DNA of 64,000 nucleotides from Sedimentisphaeraceae bacterium JB056 (lineage in GTDB: Bacteria; Planctomycetota; Phycisphaerae; Sedimentisphaerales; Sedimentisphaeraceae). The notes beneath the pieces were generated by a model. That model saw only the letters and a program-made list of their open reading frames with translations, did not search any database and was not told the DNA's origin. This document shows, one piece after another, positions 18,619-28,542 of this stretch. The translations under genes were made by a program, and so were the position numbers. The stretch is from NCBI GenBank assembly GCA_044440125.1, contig JBITAJ010000021.1, forward strand, positions 1 to 64,000, read 5' to 3'. Position 1 is the first letter of the stretch, and every line of letters starts with the position of its first letter.

Positions 18619-21432
18619 CTAAGCTCCTGCATCCAACTGAAATTCAATTGTCATTATTTCGTTAGCAGACAACTCAACCGGTATACTGTTACCATTAATC
18701 TCAAGCTCTCTGACTCGTTCTTCGTTCATATTTATAACATATGCAGTCTTTACCGGAGAGTTGAATATCACTTCACCTGCTGCCGCAGTTGATTCAGGAT
18801 TATACAGTCTCAAAACATCAGTATCTCTATCCTGAACCTTCTTAAGACAACTAAGTCTTAATTGACCTTTGATTTCAGCAAACGACATCTCAAGCGGAAG
18901 CTCGCCATCCTTACGCGCATTAGTTATGATAGGCATTAATGCTATATTGGCATCCTGAGACTGAACATAAAGATCACACTCATTGCTATGCGGCATAAGA
19001 GAGTAACGGAATTCATATTCGCCTAACCCCGCCCATGAATTCTGTGTCGGGAATACTGCACCAACTCGCGGCTCAGTACAGATACGCATCTTAGCAGAGC
19101 GCAGAAGCGTAAGGGCTATAGTACGTGAATCATCCGGCACAACCTCAAACTCACACAAACCATCATTGATAACAGCCAAACCATCAACTCCATCGCTGAC
19201 ATCAACAAAATTCTGCTGCGGTATTGTATTCATACCGGGCATATATCGTCCCTGCGAATCTCTGTTTGGTTCAATAGCTCGTTTCTCAACAGTAAAATGT
19301 TTCTCAACTTCAAATTCCTCTGCATTACTGAGCTCTGTAGGGAAAAGAACTCTCAATCGGTGATTGCTAACCGTATTAACAAAACGTGTAACAATATCAA
19401 CTCTGCCAGACTCTTTACTCAAAGTTATTTCAGAATGCAGAATAACAGGCTTTGTTATGTTATTACGTTTACTTGCATAGAGATCAAATTCAGCGGCTCT
19501 TTTATCGCAATCAACAGGTAGCTCCATTGTAACTTCCGTAACGAGCGTTGCGGCATAAGGTGTATCTGAAGATATCCAGCTATTGACTTTAGATGTAAGA
19601 GAGGTATAAACCCTGTCATCAGAAGGACTGAATCTAACCCATCCACAACCGGCATCTCCACTGTCCTCAAAGGTATTGAGATTTTTATACTCTTTACCCG
19701 TCTCTTTATACAACAAATTAAAGGAACCGTTCGAGTTGAGCGTCAGTCTCAAGTATTCATTTTCCAGTATTCCAGGGCCGTTAACAAGAGAAGCTCCTTT
19801 TTTAGAAGGATTAGGCCATGAAGCTAACCCATCATCCATAGTCTCTGCTACTTCTACTCTGAAACTCTTGTAACCAAGTGATGGGACATCATCGGCATAG
19901 AATTCAATAACATGTCTGTGGGCATGGAATGGCCATGGCCGACAATCAGTCTCATTTATCGCCGCCTTCACAGGTTCGAGAGAGATCAGCTCTGTATCAA
20001 TCCGGTTTCCATCAGGATCAGTCAGTATAATCTCACGTGCATTCCAATGCTGCGGTGTATCTACAACTGCCCTTACAACTCCGCTGCGGCAGAATGGCAG
20101 AGTATTAAATATAATCAGGAAAATATCGTCATCTTTACCTTTAACATTTATCTTCCTTATTATATTCTTTATCGACCAGTCAGAAACAACGTCTGCAAGT
20201 TCTCCGGCCTGTTCAACACGATACTGAGTATCTCTTGCCGTCTTATCCTGCACAACGCCGTGCAATGAATCATGGCAATGGCTTTTAAGCAGATAATCCC
20301 ATGCAATATCAAGATACTTCTGCTGGCTGCCGCATCCTATCCATGAAGCAACCCTTTCAAGCGGTTCGGCAACATGCAGCAGTTGTCTTTGAACAAGTCT
20401 GTTGACACGTTTAAGATCACTTCTGAACGCAAGAGCATTTGCACTTGTAGAAGGCTCTGGGCCATCACGCCATTCACCTTTTACAACCGAAAGTTCCTTT
20501 GTATCCAACTTACCTTTGATAGAATCAATATATTCTTCAAGTGTTGAATGCTTAAATTCTATATCATCATAAAGTTCATTCGCTTTATCAATGATATCAC
20601 AGAGCATCGGTTGAGCGGCAGTAAAATCACCGCCATCAAACAATATTATGCTGTCAGGGAAAGCTGTACCATCGACAGTTTTAAGAGAATTATCTATGCC
20701 GGACTTAACTCTCTCTTCATTGAACGAATCTTCTGCATCACGGAAATGTCGATGATAATCCTGCCAGTAATTATCCATATCGCTCCGATGGAAAACCATG
20801 CCGCTGCTGTCCCAATCAAACTTCCAGTCATTGCCGTTATTCTCTTTTCCGAATACAACAGGTATTACTACGCATTTGAAAAAGTTAGCTCTTCCAAGAC
20901 CGCCAAGCTTGCTTGCCAGAATCTTTGTACCATCAGCTCCTTCCCATATAAACTCATTATATTTCGTACGTGACGAATCAAGATTCTTACCGCCAAGTAC
21001 CGTATCAATACCGAAGTTCTTATATATCTGCGGAAGCTGTGAAGGCTGTCCCCAACCGAATGTTGTGTAACCGACTTTCATCGGTTCACCGAATCTGCGG
21101 CATGCCCTGTCACCCTTGAGTAGATTACGTATGATACACTCCCCGTCTATAGGATAGTATTCGGGCAGAGTATACCACGGACCTATCTTGAGCTTGCCGT
21201 CAGCAACAAGATTTTTTATCCTGGCCTCATCCTCAGGACGTATATCAAGATAATCCTCAAGCATTACAACCTGACTGTCTGTAACAAAACATTTATATCG
21301 AGGCTCTTCCTCAAGAAGCTCAATCAAAGAGGAGAACATCTCTTCAAGTTCTTTCCTCGTCTGCCAGATAGGATAACGCCACTCCCTGTCCCAATGTGCA
21401 TGTGAAACTATATACGCTATTGTCGTTTTCAT
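18619..21432 (-). CDS. GH38-family (alpha-mannosidase/MngB-like) protein, cytoplasmic, atypical active site
   Basis: HAHWDREW, IGPWY, QLPQI, FIWEGADG, HCHDSLHG, LTLLRS; the nucleophile motif reads GYTTFGWGQ. Confidence 0.9.
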   Translation of the reverse strand: MKTTIAYIVSHAHWDREWRYPIWQTRKELEEMFSSLIELLEEEPRYKCFVTDSQVVMLEDYLDIRPEDEARIKNLVADGKLKIGPWYTLPEYYPIDGECIIRNLLKGDRACRRFGEPMKVGYTTFGWGQPSQLPQIYKNFGIDTVLGGKNLDSSRTKYNEFIWEGADGTKILASKLGGLGRANFFKCVVIPVVFGKENNGNDWKFDWDSSGMVFHRSDMDNYWQDYHRHFRDAEDSFNEERVKSGIDNSLKTVDGTAFPDSIILFDGGDFTAAQPMLCDIIDKANELYDDIEFKHSTLEEYIDSIKGKLDTKELSVVKGEWRDGPEPSTSANALAFRSDLKRVNRLVQRQLLHVAEPLERVASWIGCGSQQKYLDIAWDYLLKSHCHDSLHGVVQDKTARDTQYRVEQAGELADVVSDWSIKNIIRKINVKGKDDDIFLIIFNTLPFCRSGVVRAVVDTPQHWNAREIILTDPDGNRIDTELISLEPVKAAINETDCRPWPFHAHRHVIEFYADDVPSLGYKSFRVEVAETMDDGLASWPNPSKKGASLVNGPGILENEYLRLTLNSNGSFNLLYKETGKEYKNLNTFEDSGDAGCGWVRFSPSDDRVYTSLTSKVNSWISSDTPYAATLVTEVTMELPVDCDKRAAEFDLYASKRNNITKPVILHSEITLSKESGRVDIVTRFVNTVSNHRLRVLFPTELSNAEEFEVEKHFTVEKRAIEPNRDSQGRYMPGMNTIPQQNFVDVSDGVDGLAVINDGLCEFEVVPDDSRTIALTLLRSAKMRICTEPRVGAVFPTQNSWAGLGEYEFRYSLMPHSNECDLYVQSQDANIALMPIITNARKDGELPLEMSFAEIKGQLRLSCLKKVQDRDTDVLRLYNPESTAAAGEVIFNSPVKTAYVINMNEERVRELEINGNSIPVELSANEIMTIEFQLDAGA

Positions 21433-21583
21433 TAGTAAAAATCATCCTCAATTTTAGCCGTTCACTCATTTACCCCAATTTAACAATGATACGCTCTAAA
21501 AAAGTTGGGTATTCCTTGTGAACGTCAATCTTAATTTTTTACATTATATTTTAATAAGTGGAGTAAACAGTCGCCTCAATTTT

Positions 21584-24421
21584 TCAGTTACTGCTCAACC
21601 ACAATTTAGAAAATTCTTTAAGGTCATCAGCATCAATAATGCCATTCTCGACCATATCAATCATATCATTAAATCCAGCAGATGAAGAATTGATGCCGTA
21701 ATCGAAAGCAAGACATACAAAATCATCGTAATCACATCTGCCATCAAAATCAAAATCACATAATAACGGATCAAACTGGTTGACACGTTTATTAAAAAGC
21801 TCTGAAATATAATCCTGCGATAAAACTTTAGAATATATACTTACATAACCAATATCACCGCCAAACCACATTCTTTCAATATCAGTAGAAGCTGAGCTTT
21901 CTGTTTCTTTTGCTCCAACTGTAACATTAATCCCCTCAGGAATAAAATCTCTTTCTCCTTCAGCAGGCACCCAACTATCACGCAAATCAGTCAACCCCTG
22001 TTCCATTCCGTTAACAAAAATTTTCATTGACGGTACTGAATTATCACTTCCGTCATATACCGCTGCAACATGTGCCCATTGCCCCATAGGATATCTCTGC
22101 GTAGAGCGAATTTCATACTTAGCTTTTTGCGTATCAACTCCAATATTATCTCTCATAGAAAATTCTATAAAAAAAGTATCTTCGTACTGTCGTGCAGTAA
22201 GTCTGTAACCAGTCCCATCACGCAGTTGACTTCCGGCAATATGCATTCTGCCTACAGGCAACAAACTCTTTGTCGGACGTATCCATGCCTCAATAGAAAA
22301 TTTAGAATCATAATCAAATCTCATATCAGGTTCGCTTATCGCAATTTGAGAACCAACTCCTGAATCAAAATCAAGCAGGAAAGCATTATGTCCGGCATAG
22401 TATTTGTACTGAGGCTTATAACCGCTTTGCCCAATACTCACAAGCTCGCCATCTCCGCCTCTCAATGCCTGCCAGAGATAAAATGGTGTCTCACCGGGCA
22501 AATCCGCATCAAGCAAAAGCATAGCATCTGAGTCGATATCTGTCGTGAATTCCCAGACATCCCCCGTAACTGCGCCGGAATCCAAAACTGCATCAATTCG
22601 CCAAAAATAATCAGTATCAGGTCGCAAATCCGAATAAACAAAACTCACCTCTGATGTATTACCGTAAAAACATTCACTGGTTGTGGAAGCAGAAACTACT
22701 TGATCCCTGTCATTTGATAAATAGACATTGTATGACAGTGCATCCAAAGCATCAAGCCATGCCAACTGACCATTAACGGCAACTCCATCCTGTTTATCTT
22801 GAGGTGTAGGTCTGCTTGCTTGAGTACAAGGATACGGCAAGGCAATATCTAACATATTTATATTAACTGGTGATTGAGAAAGCAGCTTCAGACTAATCTG
22901 ATTATCTCCATTTAGAAGATACGAACGCGGAACCAGCCAACCCTGATATTCATTTTCATTACCGATACCGGAAGTATACGAGTTATCGAAAGGCTCTTCA
23001 CTGCTCGTTGTTTCAGTAAGTTGATTACCGTTCACCTTTATCTCCCACTGTCCCCCTAATGTATCCGGTGCGGTTTGCAACCTTAAAATTGCCGGAGATT
23101 GTACTTGAAGCTGAACGTCCGTTAGAGCAAGCCTCATTTCAACATTTTCCGTTTGCTCCGATTCCAATGAAGCTATAAATTCCTGCTGATATGCGTTTCG
23201 CACAAGCCCGCCACAGTTAAAATACCATTGATTCTGCGTTGAAAGAAATTCTATATCATCAAGATTATTGAATATTTCAAACGGAGGTTCGTGAAAAGGT
23301 TCAGATTTTTCTATAGTGGGTCGGTAATAAGCAAAGTTAAACGTACTCACACCGTTTGCACCTTGCTGATACGCCAGATAAGCCGAAGTATAAAACTGCT
23401 CGAGAGTAGTCTCTCTCTGCCAGTTTCTCTCTATAAAATTAGTAAACTCATGATAGAGAGGGATCTCGGGAATCATCGCACGAATATCGCTTATATCCGA
23501 TTGCTGATTGGTCCAGTAATAGTTCGATAAATTCACCATGTCCACACCGGCATTTACGAACCTCTGCACATCAATGCCTATAGCATCGAAATCAGATATT
23601 CTATCAGGGATTCGCACAGACAAATATCTTTGCCTGCCATTTTTTGATGTAGAGTCAAGTATTGCGGCAACAGCCTGCACAAAACCGACCATAATATCAG
23701 AGCGTTGTTGATAAGTGGTTTCTCCATCGGGGAAATATGATGGGAAACGCAGAAAATCAAGTTCAATACCATCGACATCATAGTTGGTGCAAAGCTCTGT
23801 AATCATCGCCAATTTGTAGTTTCTGGCTTCCTCGTAGAGCCAGTTATGACCCACCTGATGAGCACTTATTACTGTCCCTATTTTGTACTCCGGATGATCA
23901 TAGTAAAACTTACAAATATAGGTACGTTGGTTTTCAGTAAGATGATGCACGTCATTAACCCTGTAAGAGATAAAAGCTCCCACACCTTTATCTCTGCATG
24001 CCTGCAGAAAATCATTAACGACATCACCGCCTTCATACACGTAATAATCAAGCGGACTCATGATGGGAGTAAGGCCTTCGGTCTGCATACGCTGCAAATA
24101 CCACTGGTAATGGTCGGGGTAAAACGTACTGGGCCACCACGGCACCCATCCCATTCCCGGTGCAAACATAACTGCATCAACACCAGCATCGGCCGCCTCT
24201 TCAATGGTCTTGCGGATGAGTAAAGGAGCATTTTCTTTGGTTTTAGCAATACCCCATGGATTATCGCAGGTATAAATATTCGTACAGTCATTATTATACA
24301 ACTGCTTAAATATAACTTCTGGCTGTGCATTAGCTGTATTGAAAGCAAAACAACACAGAACAAGCAAAATAACATATATGTAGTGTTTATTCATTTTTAA
24401 CCAATTCAACAGTTTAATCAC
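21584..24421 (-). CDS. Secreted GHL10-like hydrolase + Ig/Fn3-like linker + LamG + double dockerin-like motif
   Basis: YNNDCTNI, PWWPS, GIELDFLR; YFWRID..GDVWEFTT; FSIEAWIR..WAHVAAVYDG; CDFDFDGRCDYDDF...DMVENGIIDADDLKEFSKLWL. Start may be 24394. Confidence 0.8.
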   Translation of the reverse strand: MIKLLNWLKMNKHYIYVILLVLCCFAFNTANAQPEVIFKQLYNNDCTNIYTCDNPWGIAKTKENAPLLIRKTIEEAADAGVDAVMFAPGMGWVPWWPSTFYPDHYQWYLQRMQTEGLTPIMSPLDYYVYEGGDVVNDFLQACRDKGVGAFISYRVNDVHHLTENQRTYICKFYYDHPEYKIGTVISAHQVGHNWLYEEARNYKLAMITELCTNYDVDGIELDFLRFPSYFPDGETTYQQRSDIMVGFVQAVAAILDSTSKNGRQRYLSVRIPDRISDFDAIGIDVQRFVNAGVDMVNLSNYYWTNQQSDISDIRAMIPEIPLYHEFTNFIERNWQRETTLEQFYTSAYLAYQQGANGVSTFNFAYYRPTIEKSEPFHEPPFEIFNNLDDIEFLSTQNQWYFNCGGLVRNAYQQEFIASLESEQTENVEMRLALTDVQLQVQSPAILRLQTAPDTLGGQWEIKVNGNQLTETTSSEEPFDNSYTSGIGNENEYQGWLVPRSYLLNGDNQISLKLLSQSPVNINMLDIALPYPCTQASRPTPQDKQDGVAVNGQLAWLDALDALSYNVYLSNDRDQVVSASTTSECFYGNTSEVSFVYSDLRPDTDYFWRIDAVLDSGAVTGDVWEFTTDIDSDAMLLLDADLPGETPFYLWQALRGGDGELVSIGQSGYKPQYKYYAGHNAFLLDFDSGVGSQIAISEPDMRFDYDSKFSIEAWIRPTKSLLPVGRMHIAGSQLRDGTGYRLTARQYEDTFFIEFSMRDNIGVDTQKAKYEIRSTQRYPMGQWAHVAAVYDGSDNSVPSMKIFVNGMEQGLTDLRDSWVPAEGERDFIPEGINVTVGAKETESSASTDIERMWFGGDIGYVSIYSKVLSQDYISELFNKRVNQFDPLLCDFDFDGRCDYDDFVCLAFDYGINSSSAGFNDMIDMVENGIIDADDLKEFSKLWLSSN

Positions 24422-26887
24422 TTATTTAACGGCATGATATTCAATAAGTATCGCCGACCTTGGATTCTTAAGTTCAATTTCGAAGTTATTCATTAATTCT
24501 TCACCTGTGGTCTGTTCAGATATAACTTCTCCGATAGTCGATTTCAAACGATAGACACTGTTGCCTTCAAGACGCCTGAATTTAACTTTCGCCGTAACAT
24601 AAGGAGATTCTTGGGGCCTGAAAGCTATCAGGCAACCTCGATTCTCTTTAGAATCGTGAAACTGCCATCCATCCCAATTATTAAGATCAGAACTATACTT
24701 GAACAATGGATAATAGTTTTCAAGCAGCAATGGCCTGATCTCTTTATATTTCTCTATCATCTTAGCAGCTTCTTTCAACTGCGATACATTATCAAGACGA
24801 AAATCATGATTAAAACCTAAAGCCCCACCAAACTGACCAAGGTAGTCGTATTCAGAATCAAGAACCCTGAGATTTGAGTTAAGATAGTTAGCAGGTAAAA
24901 ATAGATTGCCGCCAGTCAAATGAGGTCTGGTTTGATCTGCAATCCCAGTAAGATCACTCTTCCAAAATGTATGACTACGCCTGATAGTTTCAAGATCAAT
25001 CCTGCGACCTCCACCGGCACACCACTCAATAACCAAATCAGGATGATTTTCTATCAGCTTATCAAGTACATTATATAAACCTTCAACATATCTAATTTCT
25101 TTCATGCCGACTCTATAAGAATTATCCTTACTGTCAGCCAACCATGTTTTAATGAATTTGTAGTTAAAATCGTACCTTATCCATTTTAAGTCAAGCCTTG
25201 TAACGTAATCACCAATCATATCGACAACCCAATCCTGTGCGGCAGGGATTGTCAAATCGAGCAGCCATACATTTATAGGCGTATCTCCATGATACATATA
25301 AGGCTGTCCATCAGCCGCCGGCAAGAGCCATTCCTTGTGTTCAAATGCATCATAAGCCTTCTCAGTAACACGCTCAGGCTCAAACCATAATCCCATTTTC
25401 ATGCCGTTATTTTTTATAACTTTTGCGATCGGTTCAAGTCCATCAGGAAATTTGTGAGGATTAACACGCCAATCACCAACATGCCAGAAATCCGTCATGA
25501 ACCAGCCGGCATCCACACAGAAATACTCTATCCCCAGGTCTTTGACAACCTTTATCTGCTCGGATAAATTCTGTTTATTTATGTTGTTTGTAAACGTAAA
25601 CCAATGGTTCCATGAAACCGGCGGAAAAAATCTCTCCCCGCCTAATGTCGGCGTGTATTCTTTGTACAATATACTACGAACAGCATTATAACCCGCAAAA
25701 TAATCACCCGAATAACTACCCATCAACACAGTAGGCTGGCTTATTTTTTCGCCGGGCATCAACTCTAAACAGAGATGCTGCATTCCTGCAGATATCGCAA
25801 CGCCACCTTGATAAGGTACAAAATCAGCATTCCATTGACCTGTCCATCCAATACCATAAAATAAACCTTCTTCTGATTTACTTGCAAGCCAGAAAGGTAA
25901 ATATTTCCCCGAGGAAAGACCTTCAACGCCACCTATTGACATCTTATCTTGTCCATCCCAAACCTGTGGAACAAATCCATTGGCAGGAACTCCACTTCTT
26001 CCACCAGAAGAATAGTAAACCTTCAAACTACTTGCAAGCTTTTGATCCAATACGTTTACATTCTCAAGAATCCTGCAATTTTCCTGACCTATATTCTCAA
26101 AAAACAATTTAGATTCAAAAGCCTGAAAATCATTAAAAACTTTAGCAACCCAAACGACTTTCAATCCTTTTCCCGGTTCCAGCCAGATATGGTTATATTC
26201 AGTTAAATCGCCTCGCTTCTCAATTTCAATTCGATGATCCCATCTAATTAAAAGATCTTGAGATTTCTCACCACCATACACAAAGGTAAATGGAAGTTTG
26301 TTCTCATCTAACCAACTCGTTTTATCAAGATACAGCATAGTGCCATCTTCCAATTCTATTTTTGCATCTGCTATATCGGTCTGATCATGACGGATTCCAT
26401 CTCCTGCATCATCTATTACGATATCAAATTGTTTCAAACCGAAAATATCTGCTTCAAGATGAACGGCCTGTTGCCCCCCCTTGCAAATGCCTGTTTGACC
26501 AAGAATATTTCCTTCCATATCTTTAATATAAAAACGAACACTTCCACGACAGCCTTGCGTATTGGCATTATTATCAATTCCAACCTCGGCAATAAATCTC
26601 TTTGCCGGCTGATGCAATGTCACTCTCAATTGACCGTTGGAATGACTGCCCAAACCACGCTCAAAACTTTCTGAACCAATTTTAAGCGGCGTAAGAGTAT
26701 GGCAGCTGCGATTAATTTCCAGTTTCCCATAATCTTGATGTAAACATTCTATATCAAAATACTCTTGGTTATTAATAGTCTCTTGAGTCTCATAGTGAAC
26801 AATTCGATTAAGCCAGCTCTGAAAGGCTGCACTACCTCCCAAAACATAACTATGACATAAAATACATAAAAATATTATAAACTTCAT
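24422..26887 (-). CDS. GH36 alpha-galactosidase-like protein with N-terminal NPCBM/NEW2 domain
   Basis: FERGLGSHS...F.AEVGID (NPCBM); WNHWF, VDAGWF, KFPDGL, GLWFEPE, RYDFN, CAGGGRRID, SD. Confidence 0.9.
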   Translation of the reverse strand: MKFIIFLCILCHSYVLGGSAAFQSWLNRIVHYETQETINNQEYFDIECLHQDYGKLEINRSCHTLTPLKIGSESFERGLGSHSNGQLRVTLHQPAKRFIAEVGIDNNANTQGCRGSVRFYIKDMEGNILGQTGICKGGQQAVHLEADIFGLKQFDIVIDDAGDGIRHDQTDIADAKIELEDGTMLYLDKTSWLDENKLPFTFVYGGEKSQDLLIRWDHRIEIEKRGDLTEYNHIWLEPGKGLKVVWVAKVFNDFQAFESKLFFENIGQENCRILENVNVLDQKLASSLKVYYSSGGRSGVPANGFVPQVWDGQDKMSIGGVEGLSSGKYLPFWLASKSEEGLFYGIGWTGQWNADFVPYQGGVAISAGMQHLCLELMPGEKISQPTVLMGSYSGDYFAGYNAVRSILYKEYTPTLGGERFFPPVSWNHWFTFTNNINKQNLSEQIKVVKDLGIEYFCVDAGWFMTDFWHVGDWRVNPHKFPDGLEPIAKVIKNNGMKMGLWFEPERVTEKAYDAFEHKEWLLPAADGQPYMYHGDTPINVWLLDLTIPAAQDWVVDMIGDYVTRLDLKWIRYDFNYKFIKTWLADSKDNSYRVGMKEIRYVEGLYNVLDKLIENHPDLVIEWCAGGGRRIDLETIRRSHTFWKSDLTGIADQTRPHLTGGNLFLPANYLNSNLRVLDSEYDYLGQFGGALGFNHDFRLDNVSQLKEAAKMIEKYKEIRPLLLENYYPLFKYSSDLNNWDGWQFHDSKENRGCLIAFRPQESPYVTAKVKFRRLEGNSVYRLKSTIGEVISEQTTGEELMNNFEIELKNPRSAILIEYHAVK

Positions 26888-26904
26888 TTACAAAACTTTC
26901 TTTG

Positions 26905-28530
26905 CTATTTTGCAACAACGAAAACTTCAACAAATATCAAGTCTGTGGAAAATTGATCGCTAAGCGGAGCCTTAACCAATTTGATCTTTATATTATTAAG
27001 CCCATTCTTCAATGCCTCTGCAGGACAGTCCCATGCACTATACTGCAAATCAGTACCTTTCCAGCCGTCCCACTTATCTTCAAATAATGATTCGATGTCA
27101 GAGGACTTCTCAAGCGGCACATCATTAACCCACATACTCCACTCAAGCCCCGGAGTTCCCGTCGAATTCTGTATTCTTATTTTTGCTTGTTTAACACCCT
27201 GCTCAGGCAATTGCATATCAAGTTCAAGTTTGTGTTCAGTCTCTCTTACAAATGTCTTTGGCAGTTGAAATTGCCTGCCGTTGTAACCTGTTTTCCACCA
27301 TGCTGGTATCCAGTATGATTGAGACTGCTTTTTTAGCCAATCAGTATCCCTAAGATTTTTAATTATCTCAAACGGAGGCTCACCAAATTTAAGATCTTCA
27401 TTCATAAACTCTGTAACTCGTGCTCTCGGTCTATAGTAATGAAAATTAAAAAGACTCACACCGTCAGCACCTCTTGCATAAGCAAGATTGGCAAGCGTAT
27501 AAAACTTCTGAGGGGTCGTCAATTTTACCGGATAATCATCGCCATACATTCCCCAACCAGGTGCAGGCCCTCTCGTACTGCAATGCGTAGCTTCAAGAAA
27601 CACTGTAGAATTAGGAGCCCACGCCTTTATAAATCTCACATCACTTTCAACCTGCGTTACATATGAAGGAGAAACATTTACAATATCAATAATCCCATGC
27701 TTATCAAGATAGCCAAGATCTATACCGATATTTTTGTACTCTTTGATCCTGTTTGGAACCCTCAAAGACAAATACCTCTTTTTACCATCTGGTGCAGTTT
27801 CGTCGAGTATTTTTCTTGTCTGAGAAATGAAATCTGTCATTATATCACGCCTCTGAGCATCAGATGTCTGCTGGAGATCAAAAAATGGAAAAAATCTCAT
27901 AAAATCAAGTTCAAATCCATCAATATCATAATTTGATGCAAGCTCTCTTATAACACCAAGACGTTCATTAACAACTTCCGGATACATCCAGTTGAGTCCT
28001 CTATAACCAAACACTGCATCGGGTCTTGGATCAAGCCTAAGATCCTGACGGTCATAGAAAAATTTAGACACCCATTCATTATCCATGCTCGTTACGCCAT
28101 GCTCGTCTTTTAGTCTCAGTGTTATGAAAGCATCCATATCGTTATCATGACACGTAGTAACAAAAAGTTCTACAAGATCACCACCTTCCATAACATATCT
28201 TCCCCACGGACTTGGTTTCTTGCCAGTTCTTTCCATAAACCACTTCCAATGGTTAGAGTACATCTGACTCTTCCACCATGGTATTGCACCATTACCCGGA
28301 TTGAAAGCAACTACATCAATCCCAAGACCTGCAAGCTCCTCAAATGAGCCCTTCATTACAGCTTCAATTTCCGCCGGATCCTTGAATTTCTCCTTACCGT
28401 CTCTCCATGGAGCCTTGCATGTAAGCGTATTGGTACCATCATGATTGAACATTATCTTATAAGGACTCTTCGCCTCACAGACAGTTAAATATATTGCTAA
28501 AAAGATAATTACAGTCAGTGTTTTTTTCAT
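26905..28530 (-). CDS. Secreted GHL10-like putative glycoside hydrolase (paralog)
   Basis: FNHDGTNT, PWWKS, LRLKDEH, GFELDFMR, LFNFHYYR. Confidence 0.7.
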   Translation of the reverse strand: MKKTLTVIIFLAIYLTVCEAKSPYKIMFNHDGTNTLTCKAPWRDGKEKFKDPAEIEAVMKGSFEELAGLGIDVVAFNPGNGAIPWWKSQMYSNHWKWFMERTGKKPSPWGRYVMEGGDLVELFVTTCHDNDMDAFITLRLKDEHGVTSMDNEWVSKFFYDRQDLRLDPRPDAVFGYRGLNWMYPEVVNERLGVIRELASNYDIDGFELDFMRFFPFFDLQQTSDAQRRDIMTDFISQTRKILDETAPDGKKRYLSLRVPNRIKEYKNIGIDLGYLDKHGIIDIVNVSPSYVTQVESDVRFIKAWAPNSTVFLEATHCSTRGPAPGWGMYGDDYPVKLTTPQKFYTLANLAYARGADGVSLFNFHYYRPRARVTEFMNEDLKFGEPPFEIIKNLRDTDWLKKQSQSYWIPAWWKTGYNGRQFQLPKTFVRETEHKLELDMQLPEQGVKQAKIRIQNSTGTPGLEWSMWVNDVPLEKSSDIESLFEDKWDGWKGTDLQYSAWDCPAEALKNGLNNIKIKLVKAPLSDQFSTDLIFVEVFVVAK

Positions 28531-28542
28531 ATTTCTCTCTTA

